This document shows positions 10,824 to 20,305 of a stretch of DNA of 43,716 nt, in pieces. Within the stretch, counting starts at the first letter, position 1. Each line of letters opens with the position of its first letter. The notes beneath the pieces are model-generated. The model saw nothing but the letters and a program-made list of their open reading frames with translations. It had not been told where the DNA came from and made no database searches. The DNA lies in sequence record SRR22947727_1448, one strand, 5' to 3'. The position numbers and the translations under genes are program-made.

Positions 10824-11932
10824 CGTTTGAAAGCTGGAAATCTGATTTTTTGAGTCGCGCCGCAGCTTATGGTGTTTCACCTGCAATATTGACTGAGGTT
10901 TCGCCCTATTTGACCACTGCGCAGAATAGCGCACAGGCTGATATGCGCCAACCCGAAGCCCGCAAAACCCTGCAAAGCTATATCGAATTAACCGTCAGCC
11001 CGGCGCGCATTGCACAGGGCCAAGCAGCCTTGCAAAAACATGTAGAGGTTTTTGACCAAATTGAGGCGGACTATCAGGTGGATCGCCATGTGGTTGCCGC
11101 AATTTGGGGATTAGAAAGCAATTACGGCAGCATTCGCGGAGATGTGCCCGTCATTTCAGCCTTGGCAACTTTGGCGGCACAAGGCCGCCGAGCCGCCATG
11201 TTCGAAGCACAGCTTTTGGCCGCCTTCGAAATTGTCACCCGGGGCATAAAATCACCCGATCAAATGCTGGGCAGCTGGGCCGGAGCCATGGGCCACACGC
11301 AATTCATGCCCAAATCTTACATTGATTTCGCCGTTTCTGCCAGAAATGGCCGGCCAGATATTTGGGCAGAAGATCCTGCAGATGCGCTGGTCTCAACGGC
11401 GCATTTCCTCGTCTGCCACGGCTGGAAGGCAGATGTGCCTTGGGGTACGGTTGTCCAGCTGCCAGAGCCGGCGGATTTGCACATGCTGCGCCATCTGCCG
11501 CCGCGCTCACGAGACGCCTGGGCGCGCCTAGGTGTGCGCTTTATGAACGAAGACCAGCGCACCTATGACTCCAAGCTGATTTTGCCCGGCGGGGTTAACA
11601 GTCTTGCTTTTGTGGTTTCAGAGAATTTCAATGCCTTTCTGGGCTATAACAATGCACAAAGCTATGCGATTGCCCTCGGGCATTTGTCAGACCGCCTTCA
11701 GGGCGCGCCGGCGTTGCAGTTTCCGCCCGGCGGCGATGCCCGCGGCCTCACGCAAGCCGAGATGAAATTCATCCAATCCCGCTTGACGACATTGGGATTT
11801 GATACCATCGGCGCAGATGGTTTCACCGGACCAAATACGGAAATCGCCATTGAGGCCTATCAAGCCTCACAACATCTGCCAGTGGATGGGTTTGCTGGCC
11901 TATCGCTGCTCAAGCGCCTGCAATCAGCCTAG
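10820..11932 (+). CDS. Lytic murein transglycosylase (MltB/SLT_2 family) with C-terminal peptidoglycan-binding domain
   Basis: AIWGLESNYG catalytic motif, GSWAGAMGHTQFMP, YNN..Y, and DG..GPNT..AI..YQ PG-binding motif; ATGA overlap with rnr. Confidence 0.92.
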   Translation: MTFESWKSDFLSRAAAYGVSPAILTEVSPYLTTAQNSAQADMRQPEARKTLQSYIELTVSPARIAQGQAALQKHVEVFDQIEADYQVDRHVVAAIWGLESNYGSIRGDVPVISALATLAAQGRRAAMFEAQLLAAFEIVTRGIKSPDQMLGSWAGAMGHTQFMPKSYIDFAVSARNGRPDIWAEDPADALVSTAHFLVCHGWKADVPWGTVVQLPEPADLHMLRHLPPRSRDAWARLGVRFMNEDQRTYDSKLILPGGVNSLAFVVSENFNAFLGYNNAQSYAIALGHLSDRLQGAPALQFPPGGDARGLTQAEMKFIQSRLTTLGFDTIGADGFTGPNTEIAIEAYQASQHLPVDGFAGLSLLKRLQSA

Positions 11933-11942
11933 CAAGGCAATC

Positions 11943-12446
11943 TTATTTTGTTAACTGCACCTGCTCCGGCCAGACAGCCATCCGCGTTTTTTGCCCCATA
12001 AACTCCATCAGCAACCAAATGCGCTGTTCGGCATCAATCGTTTCAATGGTCGCAACATATTCTGCGAAGGGTCCACTCATAACTTGGAGCTCATCGCCCG
12101 GCGCAAATTGATCTGGCGGCAAGACTCTGCCCTGAGTGTCACAGCGCGCCATGAGGCCAGCGATAAGATCTGGCGGCAGGGCCTTAGGCTGGCCATCGAA
12201 GCTAACCAACCGCGCTACACCGACAGTTGAATTAATCTTACGCCATGGCGCGGTGTCCAAGGCAAAAGACACAAACATATAGCCGGGAAAAAGAGGGCGC
12301 CTCTGCTGAACAAATTTTGTTGAATGCCGTTGGGTGACATCTTGCATCGGCAGAAAGGTTTCAAACCCCTGACGATGTAGATTGCGCAAAGCTAGGCGAT
12401 GAGAATTTGGTTTATATTGTAATAAGAACCAATGTTTAGTGCTCAT
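11943..12446 (-). CDS. NusG/RfaH-family transcription antiterminator paralog
   Basis: NGN domain (WFLLQYKP, GFETFLP, PLFPGYMFV, INSTVGVARLVSF) plus a KOW-like C-terminus (GDELQVMSGPF). Start is ATG 12446 or GTG 12455. Confidence 0.9.
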   Translation of the reverse strand: MSTKHWFLLQYKPNSHRLALRNLHRQGFETFLPMQDVTQRHSTKFVQQRRPLFPGYMFVSFALDTAPWRKINSTVGVARLVSFDGQPKALPPDLIAGLMARCDTQGRVLPPDQFAPGDELQVMSGPFAEYVATIETIDAEQRIWLLMEFMGQKTRMAVWPEQVQLTK

Positions 12447-12575
12447 ATAAGGCACTCCAAATATATCGTTCGTTAAAATAAATTATCAAATGCCTTAAGG
12501 CCAAAAATGACCCTGTCACAGGGAAGGTAAATCCATCGACCCACACCCGCAACACATATTTTCTATTTCAGATAC

Positions 12576-15500
12576 CTATCTGACTAACCGGAGATGAGAG
12601 TCTGAATGGGCGGGCCTGTGCTTCAAAATCAGATCTGGCTTTTGATCTTCCGACGCGCCCAAGACGGTTGGTGCCGCCGGACTTTGTCCCATGCCAGGCG
12701 TCAGGCGGTGGCGGATTAAGGCCACGGGATGCGCGCGCAGGGTCAGGCGCGTAGAAACATAATCTTCCACCACCTCCTCCCCCTCTGTCATCTGCGGCAG
12801 ATAGGCTGGATCCTCTGCAATGCTTTCCCCTTCAAGGTCTTGTGCAAAGAGCGGTAAAGGGCGCTCTGCGGTGAGGGCCTTGGCGGCCCAAAGCGCCTCG
12901 CGGCTCGACAACCCAAGGCTGTGAAACGCGTCCGCTTCCGCCAAGGCTTGGATCATTTTAGGACTCACACCGGCTTTACGCCAAACCGCTTCTACGTCCT
13001 GATATCCATTGCCGCGCGCGGCCGTCAGCCATGCAACATCTTCCTCACGCATCGCTTGAATTTGCCGAAACCCAAGCCGCAGGGCCAAGCCGCCAGTGCC
13101 ATCGGGCTCCATCACATTGTCCCAATAGCTGGCATTGACGCAAATGGGGCGCAGCTGCACCCCATGGGCGCGGGCATCACGGACAATCTGTGCCGGCGCA
13201 TAAAACCCCATGGGCTGCGCATTCAACAAAGCACAGGCAAAAATGCCTGGATGATGATATTTAAGCCAACTGGACGCATAGACCAAAAGCGCAAAACTGG
13301 CGGCATGGCTTTCAGGAAACCCATAGGCGCCAAAGCCTTCAATTTGCGAAAAACAGCGTGCGGCAAAATCCTCGTCATAGCCATTGCGCTGCATGCCGTT
13401 CATGAAGAGTGTTTTAAATTCACTGACATTGCCATGCTTTTTAAACGTCGCCAAAGATCGCCGCAGCCGATCGGCTTGCTCTGGCGTGAAGCCCGCTCCC
13501 ACAATTGCAATTTGCATGGCCTGTTCTTGAAATAAAGGCACGCCGAGAGTTTTGCCCAAAACCGCGCCCAAGGCATCAGAGGGAAAGCTCACCGGTTCCT
13601 CACCATTGCGGCGGCGAATATAGGGATGCACCATGTCCCCTTGAATGGGGCCCGGACGAATGATCGCCACCTCTATAACCAGATCATAAAAACAGCGCGG
13701 GCGCATGCGCGGTAAGAAATTCATCTGCGCCCGGCTTTCCACTTGAAATACGCCCAGGCTGTCCGCTCGGCATAGCATATCATAGACCGCTGGATCCTCA
13801 GGAGGCAGGGTGGCCAATGTGTATTCCACACCGTAATGCGCCGAAATCAAATCAAAGGCCTTACGAATGCAAGTCAACATGCCCAAGGCAAGAACATCCA
13901 CCTTTAAGATGCCCAGACTGTCGATATCATCCTTGTCCCAGCAAATGACCGTACGCCCTTCCATACTGGCGTTCTCGATCGGCACCAACTCATCCAGCCG
14001 GCCATCTGTGATGACAAAGCCCCCGACATGTTGAGACAAATGCCGTGGGAAGCCAATCACCTCATAGATCAAAGCCATCGTTTGGCGCAAACGCGGATCG
14101 CTGGCATCCAGACCGATCTCAGCCATACGCTCCGCCTCCAAGCCTTTGGTAGAGAAAAACCCCCAAAGCTGCGAAGATAAGGCGCCGATGGTATCTTCCG
14201 ATAGGCCCATAGCGCGCCCCACCTCACGGATCGCCCGCTTGCCCCGGTAATGCACCACCGTGGCAGAAAGGCCTGCGCGGTGACGACCATAGCGCTCATA
14301 AATATGTTGGATCACCTCTTCGCGGCGCTCATGCTCAAAATCCACGTCGATATCGGGTGGCTCATTGCGCGCCTCTGAGACAAAACGCTCAAACACCATC
14401 GTCCCAATCTCCGGGCTGACCGAGGTGACACCTAAGCAATAGCACACGACCGAGTTGGCCGCCGATCCACGCCCTTGGCACAAAATACCCCGGCTGCGGG
14501 CAAAGGCGACTATGTCATGTACAGTCAAGAAATAAGGTTCATAATTGAGCTTGGCGATCAGCTGCAACTCATGTTCGATGATCTTTTTTACCCGCGCAGT
14601 GGCACCACTTGGGTAGCGCCATGCGAGCCCCTCATAGGCCAAACGGCGCAACCGATCACTGGGGTTTTCTCCTGCGTTTAATTCCGAAGGATACTCATAC
14701 CGCAACGCATCCAAAGAAAATGTAAGCTGCTCTAGAACCTCTGCCGTTTTGTGCAATGCCTCTGGATAGGCTTGAAACAGGATGGCGGCCTCCTCAGGAG
14801 AGCGCAGCCGTTGCTCTGCATTGACCTGCGCCGACCGACCCAAAGCATCCACCCGCACCCCAAGACGAATGGCGGTGAGCGTATCGGTCAAGCGGCGTCG
14901 CGCGCCATGATGCATGATGGGGGCGGCAGAGGCCACCAGTGGTAAGGAGTATCGCTGCGCTAGTGCGGCGATGCGGGCAAAATTCACCTCATCTTGCCCA
15001 TCATAACAAGGGTATAAGAGCAGCATCACATCTGCAGCAAAGCGGCGCGTCAACCTCCGAAGATGTGACACCCATGAGGGCGCGCCGGGCTGCACCTCTA
15101 AGGCAGGTGGCGCGTGCAGCAAAATCAGCTGATCACTGCCAAATTCCAACAGGTCATCAAATTCTAAGTCGCAACCGCCTTTGTCCGCCCGCAAACGCCC
15201 ACGGGAAATAAAACGACACAGCTGGCCCCAGCCGACCCGCGTTTTGGGCAAAAGCGTTGCGGACAGACCCTCCCGTAGAACAATCTTAGCCGCCGGCAGC
15301 AAACGTGGTATGTTGTAAATATGCGCCGAAGCGCTGCGCCGGAAGCCTGGCGGCGCAGGCGGGCCAATCAACCCAATGGTGCGGTCAAACTCTTGCCGCT
15401 CAGCCACCTGCCGAGCAATCTCCCGCGCTCGAGTATGTGCCCGCACGATGCCCGCTACAGAATTTACATCTGCGATAGCCACCGCCGACAACCCCAAGAG

Positions 15501-15626
15501 CGCCGCACGATCCATATATTCCTCCGGGTGCGAGCCTCCGGTCAAAAAGGTGAAATTCGAACAGGCTTGCAGCTCCGCCCAAGCCAGACGGCGATGTGGA
15601 AAAGGAAGGACATCAGAACAGGGCAT
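12576..15626 (-). CDS. dnaE2: Error-prone DNA polymerase III alpha-type (DnaE2/ImuC)
   Basis: SNFTFLTGGSHPEE PHP start, GRGSAANS, PPDIDVDFEH catalytic motif, YGFPESHA, QPMGFY. Start chosen downstream of the LexA box; ORF is open to 15662. Confidence 0.93.
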   Translation of the reverse strand: MPCSDVLPFPHRRLAWAELQACSNFTFLTGGSHPEEYMDRAALLGLSAVAIADVNSVAGIVRAHTRAREIARQVAERQEFDRTIGLIGPPAPPGFRRSASAHIYNIPRLLPAAKIVLREGLSATLLPKTRVGWGQLCRFISRGRLRADKGGCDLEFDDLLEFGSDQLILLHAPPALEVQPGAPSWVSHLRRLTRRFAADVMLLLYPCYDGQDEVNFARIAALAQRYSLPLVASAAPIMHHGARRRLTDTLTAIRLGVRVDALGRSAQVNAEQRLRSPEEAAILFQAYPEALHKTAEVLEQLTFSLDALRYEYPSELNAGENPSDRLRRLAYEGLAWRYPSGATARVKKIIEHELQLIAKLNYEPYFLTVHDIVAFARSRGILCQGRGSAANSVVCYCLGVTSVSPEIGTMVFERFVSEARNEPPDIDVDFEHERREEVIQHIYERYGRHRAGLSATVVHYRGKRAIREVGRAMGLSEDTIGALSSQLWGFFSTKGLEAERMAEIGLDASDPRLRQTMALIYEVIGFPRHLSQHVGGFVITDGRLDELVPIENASMEGRTVICWDKDDIDSLGILKVDVLALGMLTCIRKAFDLISAHYGVEYTLATLPPEDPAVYDMLCRADSLGVFQVESRAQMNFLPRMRPRCFYDLVIEVAIIRPGPIQGDMVHPYIRRRNGEEPVSFPSDALGAVLGKTLGVPLFQEQAMQIAIVGAGFTPEQADRLRRSLATFKKHGNVSEFKTLFMNGMQRNGYDEDFAARCFSQIEGFGAYGFPESHAASFALLVYASSWLKYHHPGIFACALLNAQPMGFYAPAQIVRDARAHGVQLRPICVNASYWDNVMEPDGTGGLALRLGFRQIQAMREEDVAWLTAARGNGYQDVEAVWRKAGVSPKMIQALAEADAFHSLGLSSREALWAAKALTAERPLPLFAQDLEGESIAEDPAYLPQMTEGEEVVEDYVSTRLTLRAHPVALIRHRLTPGMGQSPAAPTVLGASEDQKPDLILKHRPAHSDSHLRLVR

Positions 15627-15656
15627 AAGATCAGACTCAGCAACAGACTCCCATAT

Positions 15657-15671
15657 GTTCACATTTTGTTC
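15657..15671. promoter_or_regulatory. Alphaproteobacterial LexA (SOS) box
   Basis: GTTC-ACATTTT-GTTC, an exact GTTC-N7-GTTC, immediately upstream of dnaE2. Confidence 0.88.
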
Positions 15672-15790
15672 TCACTTGCAATTCCTATGCTCCCAGCCAA
15701 GCAGTCAAAGTTCTTTACGCGGCGGCACGTCCAAAAAAGCCTCTCTACTTTCACCAGATTTACTTTAGACTGGATGAAACGGAGGACAAA

Positions 15791-16966
15791 ATGACAGATA
15801 TCGTAATTCTTGGTGGCGCACGCACAGCTATTGGCACTTTTGGCGGCAGCCTCGCGGGTGTCAGCCCAATTGATCTAGGGGCAATCGCGACCAAAGCCGC
15901 GCTCACCCGCGCGGAGGTTGCAGCCGAGCAAATCGGCCATGTCGCCTTTGGTCATGTCATCAACACCGAACCGCGCGATATGTATCTGTCCCGGGTCGCC
16001 GCCATGGAGGCTGGCATCTCTGACCAAACGCCGGCCATGAACGTCAATCGCCTTTGCGGATCGGGTCTGCAGGCCATCGTCTCTGTGGCGCAATCCTTGA
16101 TGCTTGGCGATGCAGATTTTGGACTGGCTGGCGGCGCAGAGAATATGAGCCGCGCACCCTATATCATGCAGGCACAGCGTTGGGGCCAGAAGATGGGGGA
16201 TGTCAAAACACTCGACATGATGCTTGGCGCATTGCACTGCCCCTTTGGCACGGGCCATATGGGAATCACCGCCGAAAATGTTGCACAAGAACATGCCATC
16301 ACCCGCGCTGATCAAGATGCCTTTGCTTTGGAAAGCCAGAACCGCGCCGCAGCGGCGATTGCAGACGGGCGCTTTGTCGACCAAATCACCCCCGTGCCGA
16401 TCAAAGTCAAACGCGATATGGTGGATTTCATCACCGATGAACATCCCAAAGCCACCAGCGCAGAGGTTTTAGCCGGACTGCGGACGGTCTTCCAAAAGGA
16501 GGGAACCGTCACTGCTGGAAATGCCTCGGGCATAAATGACGGAGCTGCCGCAATTGTCTTGGCGCGCGCTGACGCAGCCGAACGCGCCGGCCTCACTCCA
16601 AAATTCCGCCTGCTCGGCTATGGTCACGCCGGTGTGCGGCCCGAAGTGATGGGCATTGGGCCGGTGCCTGCGGTGGAAAACCTGATGGCGAAAACCGGAT
16701 TGACCATCCATGATTTTGACGTTGTTGAGAGCAATGAAGCCTTCGCGGCACAGGCTGTCGCGGTTAATCGTGGCCTTGGCTTGGACCCTGCACGGGTCAA
16801 CCCGAACGGCGGTGCAATTGCTCTGGGTCACCCAGTGGGGGCGACAGGCGCCATCATCATGGTGAAGCTCATGGCCGAATTGGAACGCAGCGGCGGCTCA
16901 AAGGGCCTCGCCACGATGTGCATCGGCGGTGGCCAAGGGATCGCCGTGGCAATTGAGCGGATTTAG
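15791..16966 (+). CDS. Acetyl-CoA C-acyltransferase (beta-ketothiolase, BktB-like)
   Basis: NRLCGSG, NEAFAAQ, GHPVGATG, MCIGGGQG; GGAGGA RBS. Confidence 0.95.
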   Translation: MTDIVILGGARTAIGTFGGSLAGVSPIDLGAIATKAALTRAEVAAEQIGHVAFGHVINTEPRDMYLSRVAAMEAGISDQTPAMNVNRLCGSGLQAIVSVAQSLMLGDADFGLAGGAENMSRAPYIMQAQRWGQKMGDVKTLDMMLGALHCPFGTGHMGITAENVAQEHAITRADQDAFALESQNRAAAAIADGRFVDQITPVPIKVKRDMVDFITDEHPKATSAEVLAGLRTVFQKEGTVTAGNASGINDGAAAIVLARADAAERAGLTPKFRLLGYGHAGVRPEVMGIGPVPAVENLMAKTGLTIHDFDVVESNEAFAAQAVAVNRGLGLDPARVNPNGGAIALGHPVGATGAIIMVKLMAELERSGGSKGLATMCIGGGQGIAVAIERI

Positions 16967-17027
16967 AACCCAACACGGGGTGCCCCTGACAACAGCGGCG
17001 CCCCTCAAAAATCAAAACACCGACCGC

Positions 17028-17471
17028 CTACTTGCTGCCGATACTATACAAATAAGCATAAATATTGCGCGCGTCTTCTTCCTTCCGCACTTTAAAGCTC
17101 ATTTTCGCCCGAGCTTTTTTATCGTCGAGAAATACCTTTAAAAAATCCTTTGGATCTTGGACATAGGCCGAAAATGTCTCTTCTGTCCAAATCAAACCCA
17201 GCTCTGCGCCGGCCTTCACCAAAGATTTTCCGTAACGGTAGCCCGGTACGGCACCCGCTGTTGCACCGGCGATATTATACAGATTTGGGCCAGATTTACT
17301 GTTGCGCCCCGCCAGCTTTTCGCCGGCATCCGTCACAACCACATGACAGGCAACACATTGCTTGTTAAAGGCCACCTCGCCTGCGGATGCGTCACCAGAG
17401 GCGCTGTGACCATCCGCCAAAGCCCCAGAGGCCAGAACCCCTGCGAATAATGCAAAAATAAACCTGTTCAT
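17028..17471 (-). CDS. cycA: Cytochrome c2-type periplasmic class I cytochrome c
   Basis: Signal peptide, CVACH heme motif, GPNLY, distal KMSF Met ligand. Confidence 0.88.
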   Translation of the reverse strand: MNRFIFALFAGVLASGALADGHSASGDASAGEVAFNKQCVACHVVVTDAGEKLAGRNSKSGPNLYNIAGATAGAVPGYRYGKSLVKAGAELGLIWTEETFSAYVQDPKDFLKVFLDDKKARAKMSFKVRKEEDARNIYAYLYSIGSK

Positions 17472-17511
17472 ATCATTCTCCCTTAAATTTCATGACGATC
17501 AAAACGGCGCT

Positions 17512-18723
17512 TTAGGCGGCCACATGGGACACAGCACATTGTTTCCACAGCTCAGACAGGGCCACGACCAAGTGATCCACATCAGCATCACTGTGCAAAG
17601 GCGAGGGTGTAAACCGCAGACGCTCAGTGCCTCTTGGAACGGTCGGGTAATTAATAGGCTGAACATATATGCCAAAGCTGTCCATCAAATAATCGGCCAG
17701 CATTTTGGTTTTTACAGCATCTTTGATCATCACCGGCACGATATGGCTGTCATTTGCCAAATGTGGAATCCCGGCTTTATCGAGCCCAGCGCGCAGACGC
17801 GCCACCTGTGCCCGTTGACCCATCCGCTCTACGGAGCTGGTTTTGAGATGCGCAATAGAGGTGCGCGCCGCGGCTGCGACCGCAGGAGGCAGGGCCGTGG
17901 TAAAAATGAATCCCGAGCCAAAAGACCGGATAAAATCGCACATCGCTTCTGAGCCGGTGATATAGCCACCCACACAGCCAAAGGCTTTGCCTAGGGTGCC
18001 CTCAATGATGTCGATACGATGCGCCAAACCTTCACGCTCACTGATGCCACCGCCACGCAGGCCATACATGCCAACCGCATGAACCTCATCAAGATAGGTG
18101 AGCGCCCCGTGTTTTTCACAAACATCCAATATCGCGGCAATCGGTGCAATATCCCCATCCATAGAGTAGACGCTTTCAAAAGCGACAATCTTCGGCCGGT
18201 CTGCGCAAGCGGTCAACTTACGGTCGAGGTCTTCTACATCATTATGTGCCCAAATCATTTTTTCGGCTTTAGAATGGCGAATGCCTTCGATCATCGACGC
18301 GTGGTTTTCGCTGTCTGACAAAATCACCGCATTGGGGATTTTCGCTCCCAGCGTGGCCAATGTTGTCCAGTTGGACACATAGCCAGAGGTGAACAAAAGC
18401 GCGGCCTCTTTGCCGTGCAAATCCGCCAGCTCAGCCTCAAGCAGCAAGTGGTCGTGATTGGTTCCGCTTATATTGCGCGTGCCACCCGCGCCTGTACCGC
18501 AGCGCCCGACAGCCTCTTGCATCGCGGCAATCACCGCAGGATGCTGGCCCATGCCCAAGTAATCGTTGGAACACCAAACCGTAACATCCCGAGTACCGCC
18601 CTCAAAATGATTGGTGGCCTGAGGAAACTTACCGGTTTTCCGTTCAAGATCGGCGAAATACCGATAATTGCCATCCTGTTTCAACTGCTCAAGTTGGTTT
18701 TTGAAAAAGTGATCAAACGACAT
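17512..18723 (-). CDS. hemA: 5-aminolevulinate synthase
   Basis: [35 protein letters not shown] (PLP Lys), FIFTT; ATG 18723. Confidence 0.96.
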   Translation of the reverse strand: MSFDHFFKNQLEQLKQDGNYRYFADLERKTGKFPQATNHFEGGTRDVTVWCSNDYLGMGQHPAVIAAMQEAVGRCGTGAGGTRNISGTNHDHLLLEAELADLHGKEAALLFTSGYVSNWTTLATLGAKIPNAVILSDSENHASMIEGIRHSKAEKMIWAHNDVEDLDRKLTACADRPKIVAFESVYSMDGDIAPIAAILDVCEKHGALTYLDEVHAVGMYGLRGGGISEREGLAHRIDIIEGTLGKAFGCVGGYITGSEAMCDFIRSFGSGFIFTTALPPAVAAAARTSIAHLKTSSVERMGQRAQVARLRAGLDKAGIPHLANDSHIVPVMIKDAVKTKMLADYLMDSFGIYVQPINYPTVPRGTERLRFTPSPLHSDADVDHLVVALSELWKQCAVSHVAA

Positions 18724-18982
18724 GGCGTATTCTTTCTGCTGGTCCAGTTGATGCAAAGGCGGATGACAAGGCCGCTGGCTCTGCTCCATGTGGTATATAG
18801 GCTCGGTGCTTCATATTTCTGCACCTATAGGCAAGTTTTGATCGAATTGCCCGCGACATTTCCGCCCCCGTGATATGAAATTCAGAGCTTTTGAACACCA
18901 TAGGCAACAAAGCCGCCCTATCACCGCTTTTGCAGAGGGATATTTCGCCCTATAGGAGGCGCAACACCTAAGGGCAGAATGA

Positions 18983-19498
18983 ATGGACATAATGATTCCC
19001 GCATGGATAGACGGTCAGTTGCAGCCAGTTGAAAAGCTGCAAACCCATCTGCGCGGATTGAAGCATAAAGCAGTGTCTGTTTTTGTGATGCGGGGTGCGG
19101 AGACATTGTTGCAACGCCGCGCCATGAGCAAATATCACACCCCCGGCCTTTGGGCCAATGCCTGCTGCACACATCCGCAATGGGGCGAAGCTGGTTTTGA
19201 CTGCGCCCAGCGCCGGCTTGAGGAAGAATTAGGGCTGGCGGACCAAATCCCTGTGTACCGCGGCACGGTAGAATATCGCGCTGATGTGGGCGGCGGTATG
19301 ATTGAGCATGAGGTGGTGGAAATTTTTACGCTGCAAGTCACCCAGATCACCATTCGCCCCAATCCCGAAGAGGTGATGGATCATCGCTGGCAAAATCTAA
19401 AGGATCTCACCCATGAGATTGCAGCGCAGCCAGAGGTTTTTACCCCATGGCTAAAAATCTACCTCAGCCAACATGCGAAAGCCATATTTGGCGCCTAG
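18983..19498 (+). CDS. idi: Isopentenyl-diphosphate delta-isomerase, type 1
   Basis: HKAVSVF, LLQRRA..KYHTPGLWANACCTHP, EHE, FTPW. Confidence 0.95.
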   Translation: MDIMIPAWIDGQLQPVEKLQTHLRGLKHKAVSVFVMRGAETLLQRRAMSKYHTPGLWANACCTHPQWGEAGFDCAQRRLEEELGLADQIPVYRGTVEYRADVGGGMIEHEVVEIFTLQVTQITIRPNPEEVMDHRWQNLKDLTHEIAAQPEVFTPWLKIYLSQHAKAIFGA

Positions 19499-20268
19499 GC
19501 GGGATAATCACGCAGGAAGACCGGTTTTTCTGGCGTGGATTGCTCAGGTTGATAGGCATATCCACCCAAATCAAACTCCACGATTTGCGCAGGATCTGAC
19601 AATCGGTTCTGGACAATAAATCGCGCCATCGCCCCGCGGGCTTTCTTGGCGTAGAAGCTCACAATCTTCGCCTGACCCTCTTTCAGCTCCAGAAATTGCG
19701 GCGTGATGATCGGCAGATGCAGCGCCGAGACATCCACAGCACCGAAGTATTCTTGGCTGGCACAGTTGACCAGCGCCTGCGCACCGGTCGCCTTGGCCTG
19801 TGCGTTTAACGCCTTTGACAACTCCTGCCCCCAATAGGCATAAAGAGATCCGCCGCGATCCGTTTTCAAGCGGCTGCCCATTTCAAGCCGGTAGGCTTGG
19901 ATTTGATCCAAAGGCCGCAAAACACCGTAAAGCCCAGAGAGAATGCGCAGATGCTCCTGTGCCCAGCGCATGTCATCCTCGCTGAAGCTCGCCGCTTCCA
20001 GGCCTTGGTAAGTGTCTCCCGCAAAGGCCAAAGCGGCAGGACGTAAAGCTTCATCCGCTGGCTTGTCCGCAAAGGCCACGAAGCGCTCGTGGTTCAGCCG
20101 CGCAAGATTTTCGCTGATCGACATCAGCTTTTGCAACTGTGGCACCGAAAGATCCCGCGCCGTTTTCGCCAAGTTCAAGGCATCCGCAGAAAAATCTGGT
20201 GTGGTGACATCTGAGCGCGGCGCCTCTGACCAGTCCAGCTTTTTCGCCGGTGAAATACAAACCAACAT
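19495..20268 (-). CDS. yaaA: Peroxide stress protein YaaA (UPF0246)
   Basis: ISPAKKLD, LSGLYGVLRPLD, YRLEMG, AKKARG. Confidence 0.95.
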   Translation of the reverse strand: MLVCISPAKKLDWSEAPRSDVTTPDFSADALNLAKTARDLSVPQLQKLMSISENLARLNHERFVAFADKPADEALRPAALAFAGDTYQGLEAASFSEDDMRWAQEHLRILSGLYGVLRPLDQIQAYRLEMGSRLKTDRGGSLYAYWGQELSKALNAQAKATGAQALVNCASQEYFGAVDVSALHLPIITPQFLELKEGQAKIVSFYAKKARGAMARFIVQNRLSDPAQIVEFDLGGYAYQPEQSTPEKPVFLRDYPA

Positions 20269-20305
20269 CGTGTGTCTCTCCTCTGAACCCTTAACCTAGA
20301 GCAGT

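Noticed and set aside
18838-18868. FnrL or RegA site upstream of hemA
   Set aside because: Only a TTGAT half-site and a partial GCGAC match; neither gives a full consensus.
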